Assembly: GCA_032718475.1 (NCBI GenBank)
Contig: JAUCBJ010007777.1
Coordinates: 38,986 to 102,985 of the forward strand
Source: Nemertoderma westbladi
Lineage: Eukaryota; Animalia; Xenacoelomorpha
Direction of reading: 5' to 3'
DNA length: 64,000 nucleotides
Part shown: positions 47,944-61,089 of the stretch, piece after piece
Layout of the letters: each line of letters begins with the position of its first letter
Position numbering within the stretch: position 1 is the stretch's first letter
The notes under the pieces: generated by a model
Database searches by the model: none
Seen by the model: only the letters and a program-made list of their open reading frames with translations
Told to the model about the DNA's origin: nothing
Translations under genes and position numbers: made by a program

Positions 47944-49594
47944 GTGCCAGCATCAAACATTGGAACTATTCTAGTTAGGATGAATAACTTAATTAATATA
48001 AGTGTCTTTATTAATCAAGCTCTTTTTCCTTTGTGGTGATTAACCTTACTATTGTACAGTAGCTATAATGCGTATGGGTTTATAGAATAGTTTTGGTGTC
48101 GGTATTTTTTTCTTATATAAATTATTTTATAAAGTATATTGGCTGTAAACCTCAGGGAGGACTTCTGTACGTTGCAATTTCCTGGAATACATAGGCTGTC
48201 TAAATTCAGGTACCCATCGAAATTTCCTACAACGACTTCCATTTTTGGTGAGTCCTTTCAATTTTTAGCTTTTGGAAACGGCGCCAATGTAAGTCGTACT
48301 GCGTGTTATTTTTTTTTCTTTACAGTTATTTGTTGGTACCGTTGGTTTATTTACTGGTTTGGAATCATTATCTTCTTTATCGGTCAGACTAAATTTCGAA
48401 TATTCCAAATAATATAATATATGGTACTCCTGCTGCGGACAGCCAACTAAACCTGAATAAAACCCCCATACTGTAGGACATGGTGTATTAATATTTTAGT
48501 ATTCTATTCAGGAATGTAGCGTACACCCTTATATTTTTATTTGCTATTATTTAATTAAATACAACTCATTATTGTGCTTTTCCATGTGGTTTAAGGGTGG
48601 AGTGAAATTTTAACTTCTTTTCCCAGGCAGTTTTTTGGTATTTGCCCAAGTGTTAGATATTGTTCACAAATTAAAAAAAAAATAATTTAAAATGTCACTT
48701 AAGTTTCCAACTGATAGATTTATTTTTGTACCTAACGTTGACTCATTCGAACTGTAATTAATGGTTGTGTTGGGGTAGCTAGACATCATTAAAATGAGAT
48801 TAGTTATTGAGATATATTGCACAAAATGTGTCGACTAAAAGTCTAAAACTAAATCTCTTGTTACGCAATATTGTTGCCAAGCTTATTTTTTTTCGAAACA
48901 TGTTCTTAATTCGGTGTCGAAATTCAAAGTTTTTTTTAATGGGAGATGTATATTGCATTACAATGGGTTTAGGTTGATTTGAGTGAACCTATATATTTTG
49001 GGGAATATCTGATTGAGTAAGAAGAAGTTCCAGAAGACGAGCCCGGGGTCAAGCGATCCTACAATAATTTGGATAAAATATTTCGGATTTTTAATTTCTG
49101 AACTAAATCTCACACTTGGACGAATAATTTCCGTTTATTATTCAAGTGTGCTATGAGAATCCCACAGATATGTTTACTATTATTGTTATATTTGGTATTT
49201 TATACGTAGTTATATTATCTTCATGCTTATTTCATGCTTTTAATAATTATTTATATTTCGCTTATTAGTTCAGTTTCCTTTATGAAAAGGATCTATCATG
49301 ATACTTACAATATATTAGATACACACAACCCTTATATCTCTTTATTTCATATTTAATAGTTTTTGTAAAGGACAGGCTAGCTAGACCATGGATCTCTGGT
49401 TACAGGACGGTTTCCTAGAACCTCAATACTGAATCTCTGGTGTTGGATCGGATTAGATCTCCACTGTATGAAGGTCTGGTTGCAATAACTGCGGTACAAA
49501 CTCAAATAAAACATTTATACATAATTTCCCGGAATATGGGAAAGTGAGGTTGACATCCTGACTAATTAGCTATAATTAGTCATTTATGGGTCGC

Positions 49595-52500
49595 GCCACG
49601 AAAGTAAGCGAGTTTAGCATACGGGTACCACTAACTCAATCGGTGTGTCTGTGGGACGAGCCACGAAGTGGGTAAGCTTAACATACGGGTACCACTAACT
49701 CAATCGGTGTGTCTGTGGGGCGAGCCACGAAGTGAGTGAGCTTAGCTTACGGGTACCACTAACTCAATCGGTGTGTCTGTGGGGCAAGCCACGAAGTGAG
49801 TGAGCTTAGCATACGGGTACCACTAACTCAATCGGTGTGTCTGTGGGGCAAGCCACGAAGTGAGTGAGCTTAGCATACGGGTACCACTAACTCAATCGGT
49901 GTGTCTGTGGGGCGAGCCACGAAGTGGGTGAGCTTAACATACGGGTACCACTAACTCAATCGGTGTGTCTGTGGGGCGAGCCACGAAGTGAGTGAGCTTA
50001 GCATACGGGTACCACTAACTCAATCGGTGTGTCTGTGGGGCGAGCCACGAAGTGAGTGAGCTTAGTATATGGGTACCACTATCTCAATCGGTGTGTCTGG
50101 GGGGCGAGCCACGAAGTGAGTGAGCTTAGCATACGGGTACCACTAACTCAATCGGTGTGTCTGTGGGGCGAGCCACGAAGTGAGTGAGCTTAGCATATGG
50201 GTACCACTATCTCAATCGGTGTGTCTGTGGAGCGAGCCACGAAGTGAGTGAGCTTAGCATATGGGTACCACTATCTCAATCGGTGTGTCTGGGGGGCGAG
50301 CCACGAAGTGAGTGAGCTTAGCATACGGGTACCACTATCTCAATCGGTGTGTCTGTGGGGCGAGCCACGAAGTGAGTGAGCTTAGCATATGGGTACCACT
50401 ATCTCAATCGGTGTGTCTGGGGGGCGAGCCACGAAGTGAGTGAGCTTAGCATACGGGTACCACTAACTCAATCGGTGTGTCTGTGGGGCGAGCCACGAAG
50501 TGAGTGAGCTTAGCATATGGGTACCACTATCTCAATCGGTGTGTCTGGGGGGCGAGCCACGAAGTGAGTGAGCTTAGCATACGGGTACCACTAACTCAAT
50601 CGGTGTGTCTGTGGGGCGAGCCACGAAGTGAGTGAGCTTAGCATATGGGTACCACTATCTCAATCGGTGTGTCTGGGGGGCGAGCCACGAAGTGAGTGAG
50701 CTTAGCATACGGGTACCACTAACTCAATCGGTGTGTCTGGGGGGCGATCCACGAAGTGAGTGAGCTTAGCATACGGGTACCACTAACTCAATCGGTGTGT
50801 CTGGGGGGCGATCCACGAAGTGAGTGAGCTTAGCATACGGGTACCACTAACTCAATCGGTGTGTCTGGGGGGCGATCCACGAAGTGAGTGAGCTTAGCAT
50901 ACGGGTACCACTAACTCAATCGGTGTGTCTGGGGGGCGATCCACGAAGTAAGCGAGCTTAGCATACGGGTACCACTAACTCAATCGGTGTGTCTGTGGGG
51001 CGAGCCACGAAGTGAGTGAGCTTAGCATATGGGTACCACTATCTCAATCGGTGTGTCTGGGGGGCGAGCCACGAAGTGAGTGAGCTTAGCATACGGGTAC
51101 CACTAACTCAATCGGTGTGTCTGGGGGGCGATCCACGAAGTGAGTGAGCTTAGCATACGGGTACCACTAACTCAATCGGTGTGTCTGTGGGGCGAGCCAC
51201 GAAGTGAGTGAGCTTAGCATATGGGTACCACTATCTCAATCGGTGTGTCTGGGGGGCGATCCACGAAGTGAGTGAGCTTAGCATACGGGTACCACTAACT
51301 CAATCGGTGTGTCTGGGGGGCGATCCACGAAGTAAGCGAGCTTAGCATACGGGTACCACTAACTCAATCGGTGTGTCTGTGGGGCGAGCCACGAAGTGAG
51401 TGAGCTTAGCTTACGGGTACCACTAACTCAATCGGTGTGTCTGTGGGGCGATCCACGAAGTAAGCGAGCTTAGCATATGGGTACCACTAACTCAATCGGT
51501 GTGTCTGGGGAGCGAGCCACGAAGTGAGTGAGCTTAGCATACGGGTACCACTATCTCAATCGGTGTGTCTGGGGAGCGAGCCACGAAGTGAGTGAGCTTA
51601 GCATACGGGTACCACTAACTCAATCGGTGTGTCTGTGGGGCGAGCCACGAAGTGAGTGAGCTTAGCATATGGGTACCACTATCTCAATCGGTGTGTCTGG
51701 GGGGCGAGCCACGAAGTGAGTGAGCTTAGCATACGGGTACCACTAACTCAATCGGTGTGTCTGGGGGGCGATCCACGAAGTAAGCGAGCTTAGCATACGG
51801 GTACCACTAACTCAATCGGTGTGTCTGTGGGGCGAGCCACGAAGTGAGTGAGCTTAGCATATGGGTACCACTATCTCAATCGGTGTGTCTGTGGGGCGAG
51901 CCACGAAGTGAGTGAGCTTAGCATATGGGTACCACTATCTCACTCGGTGTGTCTGTGGGGCGAGCCACGAAGTGAGTGAGCTTAGCATATGGGTACCACT
52001 AACTCAATCGGTGTGTCTGTGGGGCGAGCCACGAAGTGAGTGAGCTTAGCATATGGGTACCACTATCTCAATCGGTGTGTCTGTGGGGCGAGCCACGAAG
52101 TGAGTGAGCTTAGCATATGGGTACCACTATCTCAATCGGTGTGTCTGTGGGGCGAGCCACGAAGTGAGTGAGCTTAGCATATGGGTACCACTATCTCAAT
52201 CGGTGTGTCTGGGGGGCGAGCCACGAAGTGAGTGAGCTTAGCATACGGGTACCACTAACTCAATCGGTGTGTCTGGGGGGCGATCCACGAAGTAAGCGAG
52301 CTTAGCATACGGGTACCACTAACTCAATCGGTGTGTCTGTGGGGCGAGCCACGAAGTGAGTGAGCTTAGCATATGGGTACCACTATCTCAATCGGTGTGT
52401 CTGTGGGGCGAGCCACGAAGTGAGTGAGCTTAGCATATGGGTACCACTATCTCACTCGGTGTGTCTGTGGGGCGAGCCACGAAGTGAGTGAGCTTAGCAT

Positions 52501-53872
52501 ATGGGTACCACTAACTCAATCGGTGTGTCTGTGGGGCGAGCCACGAAGTGAGTGAGCTTAGCATATGGGTACCACTATCTCAATCGGTGTGTCTGTGGGG
52601 CGAGCCACGAAGTGAGTGAGCTTAGCATATGGGTACCACTATCTCAATCGGTGTGTCTGTGGGGCGAGCCACGAAGTGAGTGAGCTTAGCATATGGGTAC
52701 CACTATCTCAATCGGTGTGTCTGGGGGGCGAGCCACGAAGTGAGTGAGCTTAGCATACGGGTACCACTAACTCAATCGGTGTGTCTGGGGGGCGATCCAC
52801 GAAGTAAGCGAGCTTAGCATACGGGTACCACTAACTCAATCGGTGTGTCTGTGGGGCGAGCCACGAAGTGAGTGAGCTTAGCATATGGGTACCACTATCT
52901 CAATCGGTGTGTCTGTGGGGCGAGCCACGAAGTGAGTGAGCTTAGCATATGGGTACCACTATCTCAATCGGTGTGTCTGTGGGGCGAGCCACGAAGTGAG
53001 TGAGCTTAGCATATGGGTACCACTAACTCAATCGGTGTGTCTGTGGGGCGAGCCACGAAGTGAGTGAGCTTAGCATATGGGTACCACTATCTCAATCGGT
53101 GTGTCTGTGGGGCGAGCCACGAAGTGAGTGAGCTTAGCATATGGGTACCACTATCTCAATCGGTGTGTCTGTGGGGCGAGCCACGAAGTGAGTGAGCTTA
53201 GCATATGGGTACCACTATCTCAATCGGTGTGTCTGGGGGGCGAGCCACGAAGTGAGTGAGCTTAGCATACGGGTACCACTAACTCAATCGGTGTGTCTGG
53301 GGGGCGATCCACGAAGTAAGCGAGCTTAGCATATGGGTACCACTAACTCAATCGGTGTGTCTGTGGGGCGAGCCACGAAGTGAGTGAGCTTAGCATATGG
53401 GTACCACTATCTCAATCGGTGTGTCTGTGGGGCGAGCCACAAAGTGAGTGAGCTTAGCATATGGGTACCACTATCTCAATCGGTGTGTCTGTGGGGCGAG
53501 CCACGAAGTGAGTGAGCTTAGCATATGGGTACCACTATCTCAATCGGTGTGTCTGGGGGGCGAGCCACGAAGTGAGTGAGCTTAGCATACGGGTACCACT
53601 AACTCAATCGGTGTGTCTGGGGGGCGATCCACGAAGTAAGCGAGCTTAGCATACGGGTACCACTAACTCAATCGGTGTGTCTGTGGGGCGAGCCACGAAG
53701 TGAGTGAGCTTAGCATATGGGTACCACTATCTCAATCGGTGTGTCTGTGGGGCGAGCCACGAAGTGAGTGAGCTTAGCATATGGGTACCACTATCTCAAT
53801 CGGTGTGTCTGTGGAGCGAGCCACGAAGTGAGTGAGCTTAGCATACGGGTACCACTAACTCAATCGGTGTGT
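49595..53872. repeat. 64-bp satellite array, about 67 copies
   Basis: Unit GCCACGAAGTGAGTGAGCTTAGCATA(C/T)GGGTACCACTA(A/T)CTCAATCGGTGTGTCTG(T/G)GGGGCGA, head to tail, with no spacers. Confidence 0.98.
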
Positions 53873-54401
53873 ATGTTATTCTGTCACGTCCAATATTTGA
53901 ACGTTAATGATTCGGCCAATCCCCGATGAAATCTAACCAAAATTGGTACACATACACTTCTTGTTGACTTCAATATCTCCTTTAACCTCATAAGATTATT
54001 ACCTCATTTATTTCTCCTTTTAGGGTAGATTACCATAAAAAAACTTTAATACATAGTATATGATTCTGACTTATATTGTCGAGTTCCTGCGAGGCTTTCG
54101 AGAAGTTACAAATTTGTAACACGTAAGGATTTGTTGCCCGTGTATTCAAAATCTCGTTTGATGGCCTCACCCATGGCGATTTTTATAAAAGTTATCGTTT
54201 AATTTATTAAATAATATATAATTGTCAAAATTCTTTAAATTATGCGAAAAGTGTTTACTATTACATGCAACTAAGAACTCTAACTATAACTATTTCCGAG
54301 TAAAATATCAAATCTAGTTGAGGTGGGACTTTTCATATATTTTCAACTATTATTTCAACTACTGTAACGTATAGATGAGTGAGTCCTTTAAGTTCTTGTT
54401 A

Positions 54402-55067
54402 TTAGTGGAGCCCGCAAATCTGGGATAATCCTGGTCTAATCAGCGGGGTGGTAAAGATTCCCAGAGGACAGACATCGTGTGTCGCACAATCCGTTCGCTT
54501 AGTCAGATATCCCACAAAATTGGTGATACATCCGTGGGTACTGACGCATGATTCATTCTTGGTGTCGCAGACATACTGGTGGTCAATGGAGTCACGTCGG
54601 CAGATCTGTTTGGGACACGTGGTGTCCATTTGAAACAGGGCTTTAAATTGATCAACGATGGTGAAGACGTCATCTTCTTCGCTGTTCGGTATCAAGGAAA
54701 TTCTCAGTTGCTGCAAGAGATTGGGAAACTCAGACATCGTCATTTCCAGCAGTCTTGGTGTCTCATCCTCGTAGGGACATCGGAAACTGATTTCAGCCAC
54801 AACCGACGTCTCACCTTCAGCTTCATCAGGGATATCGAGTTCGTAGTCGAACACACAAATGTTCTCAGTAGAGCAGGTATATTCCGTTCCTCCATTGAAG
54901 TTGATGCATGAAGAAGCTTTTGCGTAATAATCAACAACATCCACGTCAGATACGTCGACATCGAAAGGACATGTGACTGTCTGCATGGGGCAGGTCACGA
55001 GACCCAAAGTAGGGCAGCACAGAGCGGCAAGAGCAAGGCTTACCGAAAGTAACACAGATGGCAACAT
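54402..55067 (-). CDS. Intronless secreted cysteine-rich protein, 221 aa, function unknown
   Basis: ATG at 55067 is followed by a signal-peptide-like MLPSVLLSVSLALAALCCPTLG. The ORF is open for 666 nt with higher GC than its flanks and has two Cys clusters. Confidence 0.75.
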   Translation of the reverse strand: MLPSVLLSVSLALAALCCPTLGLVTCPMQTVTCPFDVDVSDVDVVDYYAKASSCINFNGGTEYTCSTENICVFDYELDIPDEAEGETSVVAEISFRCPYEDETPRLLEMTMSEFPNLLQQLRISLIPNSEEDDVFTIVDQFKALFQMDTTCPKQICRRDSIDHQYVCDTKNESCVSTHGCITNFVGYLTKRTDCATHDVCPLGIFTTPLIRPGLSQICGLH

Positions 55068-55769
55068 TTTGATCAAATGTTTTTCTGTTTTTTTCAAAAT
55101 GTTTACAGAATTTTGTATTCAAAGATAATCGATTGAACAACTGTAATGCAAGAATAACTTCGTTGGACTTGTTTTTATAGATAATTGAGCACCAGTCGTA
55201 AATTGTGGAATTGGAAATATGTACAGCTATAGTCATTAAAATCGTGTGGTTTTGTTGAAATACCATTTCACTGTTACGATATATATCATTGCATAACTTA
55301 TTACCGGGGCAGACATTCAGACGGTCTCATATTATGTAATTCCAGCAATCAAAATTGCGTTATATAACAATCACATATAGTTTTATTGATTTGCTTGTGG
55401 TCACATTACATAAAGGCCTGACGTAACATGTAAATATATCCCAGATAAAACTTGTGGATGGCGGAATTTACTGGGATATCCCAAATATTTTTCGTTTTGG
55501 AGACTTTATTACTTTACTGAAAGCCGCAATGTTCCGGATTGATACTAATATGATTGGCATACTAAACCGATTGTGACCATAGGATCCGTATTCTAGTTTC
55601 ATTTCTCAGATGCATTGAATATATGGGCATCATGGAATGTGTGTGGTTTGGTTATTCGTTATTAACTCACGAAGCATCTTGTTATGGTGTTGTATGATCC
55701 GTACCAGTTCAAGGAGCTGATGTCTGGTGTTTTTCAACATTTTGGATAGGATTGTTTTAATTAGGGTAT

Positions 55770-56240
55770 TACTACTAGGATCGGCATGCTGCATTGCAGC
55801 TGCATTTTTAAGAATGTTGTGCGGGCTTGTCGACAAAATTGCACCGCCACAACTCCCTATCACCCTTGACATTTGCTAGATCATCCGCATCTTCAAGGCC
55901 TATGTCCTTTAAGATGCGTCTCAAGAATGTCATGGACTGTCCACCATGCTTATTCACTCCATGAGGCTGCCAAAGCACAAGATTATGCACTGGCTGGCGA
56001 AGGCAATGTCCTGCAAAGCGGAGGCGACTTTGTTCTAGTGTCAAGCTTGGGGGAACCAATGAGACACCTACTGTACAATGTTATATAGTGTCTAGTTGGA
56101 AATGTGTGCATTGTATTTGACACAGTGAACCCGGCGTAGCATTTTTGTGAATGTGCCATCCAGAGATTTGGTGTCCTCAGCAGTTAGAGCCCAGCATGGA
56201 CTCCCATAGAGGAGTACTGGAACTACTGCTGCTCTAAATA
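55770..56240 (-). pseudogene. RTE-clade LINE 3' fragment
   Basis: Reverse complement of the 32560-33026 sequence; ORF 55808-56059 reads SRLRFAGHC...DRELWR. Confidence 0.85.
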
Positions 56241-57503
56241 ATAATCAGTAAAGTAATCACATAAAGTAATCAGTACACCTCACCAATATACTACTCGAGC
56301 AATGGGTAATTAGGACAAGCAGTGTAAGGAACCAGACTAATAAGACAGCTTGCTTATTGTTTAATTCGCAAAATCATTGGCTTAGTATTTAATGGTGATT
56401 CTTTATAGAATATAATTCGTAGAATTATTAGCAAAATAATTTCGTTGAAGCGTTGACATGATAAATAAATATCAATATTATCAGCATAAAGGTTTATTAT
56501 TTATAATCAATACTATCAGCATAAGGTAAGTTTTAATATTTCTTACAAATTGGTTCGCTTCCACGCCTAACACATATTACTTTTAAAACACCAATGTTCT
56601 GTTAATACCTGCCTGTCATTAATCCTCTGTGTTCGCCTTTGGGTTGGGTTGGTGCAGATTAAAGGGGAGTTTTAGAGGGGGGGAACTCTCCCCTCTTCTT
56701 TGATTTATTGGCGGTTTGGTTAAATTTCTTAAATACCAATTTTGTGATAGAATAGCTCAATTTTAGTTTGTATCCCATAACTGAGCATCGTCTACATTTT
56801 ATGTATACATTAATATATTATTATATTGCCTTAACGGCTGGTTGAATTTTGAGTTTATAAAAGGAGGGAAATTCAAAGCGAATTAAGAACAATAATTTTG
56901 TTGTTGTGAATTGTAGAGTGGTAGCAGTACAGCAGTCTGAGCAGTACAGCAGTAGCAGGGCTACGGTCAGGCTGTCAGGCTATCAGGCAGTGATGCTTGC
57001 AATCAGGCAGTCTTCGGCCTTTTCCTATAGCCTAATTCATTGTGTTCGGAGGTTGGGCTTACAGTTTATCCTATCCTTTAAAACTGACAGACTGACTAGG
57101 CCTACCGTATTTTCGTTGGGCAGTTGCCAGTTGGATATCGGTATTCAGGTATTTCATAATTTATGCTGCGATGTGTGGCGTGTGGGTGGGTGCCACTGCC
57201 AATGCACAATGGTGCCATACCATATCATTCGACGACTATATAAAATTAGAGTAGCCCACTTCTCAGCCTTTTAGATTACAGAATTCTATGGCAGTGCAGC
57301 AGTGTGTCCTACGGCTGTACGGCAGTACGGCTACGGGCCCGGTTGTCAGGTTGTAGGAGGCTAATCTATAGCATATAGGCCTACTTTGGCTACTTTGAAT
57401 GAAATGAATGATATTTTATTTACTGGTTTAGGTACTTACATAAACCGTTACCGGTACTAGCACTAGCCGAAGCCGACTAGCGAAGCGAGCTGTATAAAAA
57501 AAA

Positions 57504-57858
57504 CGGTCCATCTAAACACCCAAATCACACCAATCACGCGAAATCACTCAACAAATTAGAATTTTTATTTTTTCACATCGTTTACCGGCTGACCGGTATT
57601 GTTTTGGTACCTTCTGGCTACCACTCCACTGTGTAACCTGCTGACCTGCTCCTTTTTTTGTGATTTGGTTTTGTCCTGTTTGTGATTATTTTTTGTAATT
57701 TGGTTTGTGATTGTGTTTGTAATTTGGTTTGTGATTGTGTTTGTGATTTGTCAGTTTGTTGTGATTTGGCTGTTTGGTGTTACTGTGATATTTATTGTAA
57801 TTTGTTCTGATTCGGTGTGATTTATTGTGATTTGGGTGTTTAGACTGTTAGATGGACC
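57504..57858. mobile_element. MITE of the same family as 41819-42082
   Basis: CGGTCCATCTAAACACCCAAATCAC...GTGATTTGGGTGTTTAGA..GATGGACC with (GTGATTTG) repeats. Confidence 0.75.
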
Positions 57859-57864
57859 TATAAA

Positions 57865-60800
57865 TTGAGGTAGGGGGTATAAGGTCATGTCTTCAGAATC
57901 ACCTTGGGACATGTTTTTTCGATGTATTAGGGGATATGGGCATAATATTCAGATTCACAACAATTTTGAAATTTTAGTCCAAATTCATCAGCAGCTAGCA
58001 AAAAAACTGAGCGGTACCCACAATGTGCTCGAGCGATAATGGATTTATGATATTTTTGCTTGTATAGGGCCTACCAACTTCTTATGGTCGTATTGACTTG
58101 ATTTTGGTTTCATTTGAATCGCAATGGTCGATTTAGTGGGGGTAGATGTCACCATTTAGTCACTAAACACTATATTTCTTAAGATATGGGTAATTTGCCA
58201 TAAAATTTTCATTTTTATTTCGTTTCGATTGGCATCAGTTCTTATAAGTAGCACTGCAATACATTATACACTTATACAGTTGTATTTTTTTATGTATTTA
58301 AGTATATTTATTTATTTTTTTGTTTCTTAGCTGAAGAATTTGTATATTAAATATCACTTACATTTCTGAAATTTCATCAGTCTATTGTTGAATGATTCTA
58401 TAACTGCACAGGTCAAGATTTGATCTTTATACACATGAATGTCAGTCATCTAGAATAGAAAAGGGTATTTCCAGAATGTATCTGTACCATGATTAAACCT
58501 TCCTAAGTGCTCGACTACATACATATAGGATAGGTTGTCGCCTCCCAGATTGTGGCACACATGCTATTCTGTTGGTACAGATCTGATTGATTACTTATTC
58601 ATAATGACTGTATGGGTGGATGGATGTCTTGGATAGTGATAGCGTTGTTACTTATTATCTGGAAAATATCATCGTTAGAAGGAAGTTTGATTTGATCTCT
58701 GTTGCTTCTAGAAGCAACGTGGCTCTCATCTGATAATAACACAGCTGGATTCTCAACCATTCCCTCATGGGAAATCTTCATGAGCCGAAACAAATGGCAA
58801 TGGAAAAAACTGGCAATTACATCAGACTTATGAGAACGTTTGGAAAAAGCCTTTAAGTGCGGCTTTTTAGAATTGATTCATGCTCATCAAGTGAGGTGCA
58901 TGGTCCATAGTTTACAATCTTAAGAAGCTTCGTAGTTAGATAGTGTACTAATTGTGAGTGAATGTGTGATCCTGTAATCACAGTGAGATGCTAGGCCTAT
59001 TTTATTTAGAAGCCTCTGTTTCTGGAGAGCTTTTTGGCTTTGAGACAATCTATCCTCCCTTTCACGGAGAATGGATTGAACTTGTCGAGAAATTCTTTCA
59101 ACAATGCCTTTTCAGCCTGATATACAGTACTGTAAAACCATATCAGTACAAATCCCTTAGCAGTGAACTGGGCATTGTGATATTTTGCTGCTACCGCCAA
59201 GTGTCTATATTTGGCAAGATCCCTCTTAGATTCAATATTATGTCTTATGTCTTGGAAGTTCTATCAGATCTTCAGGATCAATCCTAAACAATTCAGTATC
59301 TCGTGGTTTCTCCCCTGCCTCTTTGTAAAATCCATATTCTCGACCACCAACCACACTGAGAATGAATTACAGTACCTCTGCTACATGAAGGCACATTTTA
59401 TGCATAATGGCCTTATCAAGATCAGTTTGGGACTTCTTTCAGGAACATGTTTGTATATTACTATAGTCTGCCAGGGTCTCAGTTTTACCAGCCTTGAGAT
59501 CACTGCATAGTTTAGGAAGTATCTCAAGAAGCTTGTCTTGGCCAGATTGCTCAACACAGATAAGAAAAGGCAATGTAAATAAGCAACTAATGCAAAGGTT
59601 TGGAGCTCTCTAAGGAAAAACTCACAGCTGATATATATATATAGATTACATGCATCCACAAGTAAGTTGGTCTTGTATGTCTCTTGTAGAAGCATCTGTA
59701 GCAATGGAGGGCATGAAGAAGAGAGACATAGCCAAGCTTTGTGAAGCGTCGTTCATGATACAATGTCATATGTTTTACTTGGGGCCTTCATGTTCTACAA
59801 TAAGGTCAGAATTGGATGACTTTGTCATGAGTGACAAGTTTAAGCAAGGCATAAATGCCAGCAATCACTAAAGCTTTCTTGCCCTTAAAAAATGGCCTCA
59901 CGGATGGATTTATTGCCTCTAACCTATCTCTTAACTGTACAGATAACTCAACACATTACAGTAATATTTAAATTTTCCTATCCTTCAACAGTATGACCTC
60001 ATCAGGCATCACAAGATGCTAGATTCGGCATCAGAGGGATTTTCTGAATTGAATGACATATAATTTAATTTTTAATTTTAATTTAATTTCATACACAAAC
60101 AAAATATAGTTTGGTACACCGTACTTAATGTGCACAAATCGACCACCTAAACTATAAATAGCAAAAGCACAGACTGAAACAGAAACATGACAAAATATTG
60201 GTAAAATGTAAGTGTATTAAACCCTAACCAAAAAACTAAGAGAAGAATCATGAAGTAGCAGCAAAATTTATAATATTATCTAGTTCAAGGGAATCAAAAC
60301 CGGGAACACTGGCGTTATTTAACCGACAATTAATAAGTTCATGTAACAAAGGAACCCGCCATTCATTACCAACAGGCACAAGTGCATAACTCAAACTATT
60401 AGCAAACCTTGGGACCAGAGAACGTAAATTATATATGTTACACCGGTTACCAATATTTCGTAAATTTGTGCCCGAACATGTCCTACAATCAAAAACGCAC
60501 AATTCGGCCAAAAATCGTATAATACGTTGGCTTTTTAAATTGGCTTTTTAAAATTTATTTATTTTTAAGTCAGAATTATAATAAAAATAAGTTAAATTTT
60601 GTTAAATCTACCATAACTTTTACCCTAACATAACATTTAGAGTTTAATGACTAAATGGTGACATATACCCCCACTAAATCGACTATTGTGATTCAAATGA
60701 GTCCAAAATCAAGTGAATACAACCATAGGAAGTTGGTATACAAGCAAAATTATCATAAATACATTATCGCTCGAGCGGATTGTGGGTACTGCTCAGTTTT

Positions 60801-60943
60801 CTTGCTTGTTGTTGATGAATTTCGACTAAAATTTCAAATTTTTTGTGAATATTATGCCCATATGCCATAATGCATCGAAAAATCATGTCCCAAGCTGATT
60901 TGGAGAGCATCACCAAAAATCTGACCCATACCCCCTACCTCTA
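57865..60943. mobile_element. 3.1-kb DNA transposon remnant with diverged inverted terminal arms of about 300 bp
   Basis: GAGGTAGGGGGTAT...ATACCCCCTACCTC ends; 57867-58175 is an inverted match to 60645-60941; CTATAAA occurs on both flanks. The interior is stop-riddled, coding-like DNA. Confidence 0.7.
60090..60520 (-). pseudogene. 3' end of a LINE ORF2 inserted in the transposon remnant
   Basis: DCRTCSGTNLRNI...EWRVPLLHELINCR...PGF..LELDNIINFAATS* resembles the C-terminus of invertebrate LINE RT proteins, followed by an (AATTAA)-type tail. Confidence 0.55.
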
Positions 60944-61089
60944 CTATAAAAAAGCAGCAAAGCGGGTCTTAATTCAGTGTCCCGTACAACCTATTCTTTA
61001 TAATTATATATTATAATATAATTCGTTCGGTATAAATTATTTCTGAAAATTTGCATGAATTCGTATTTCATTGTTGTAACTATGTAAAG

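Noticed and set aside
49595-53872. Regular array resembling a CRISPR locus
   Set aside because: The units are head to tail with no unique spacers, there are no cas genes and the context is eukaryotic; it is a satellite.
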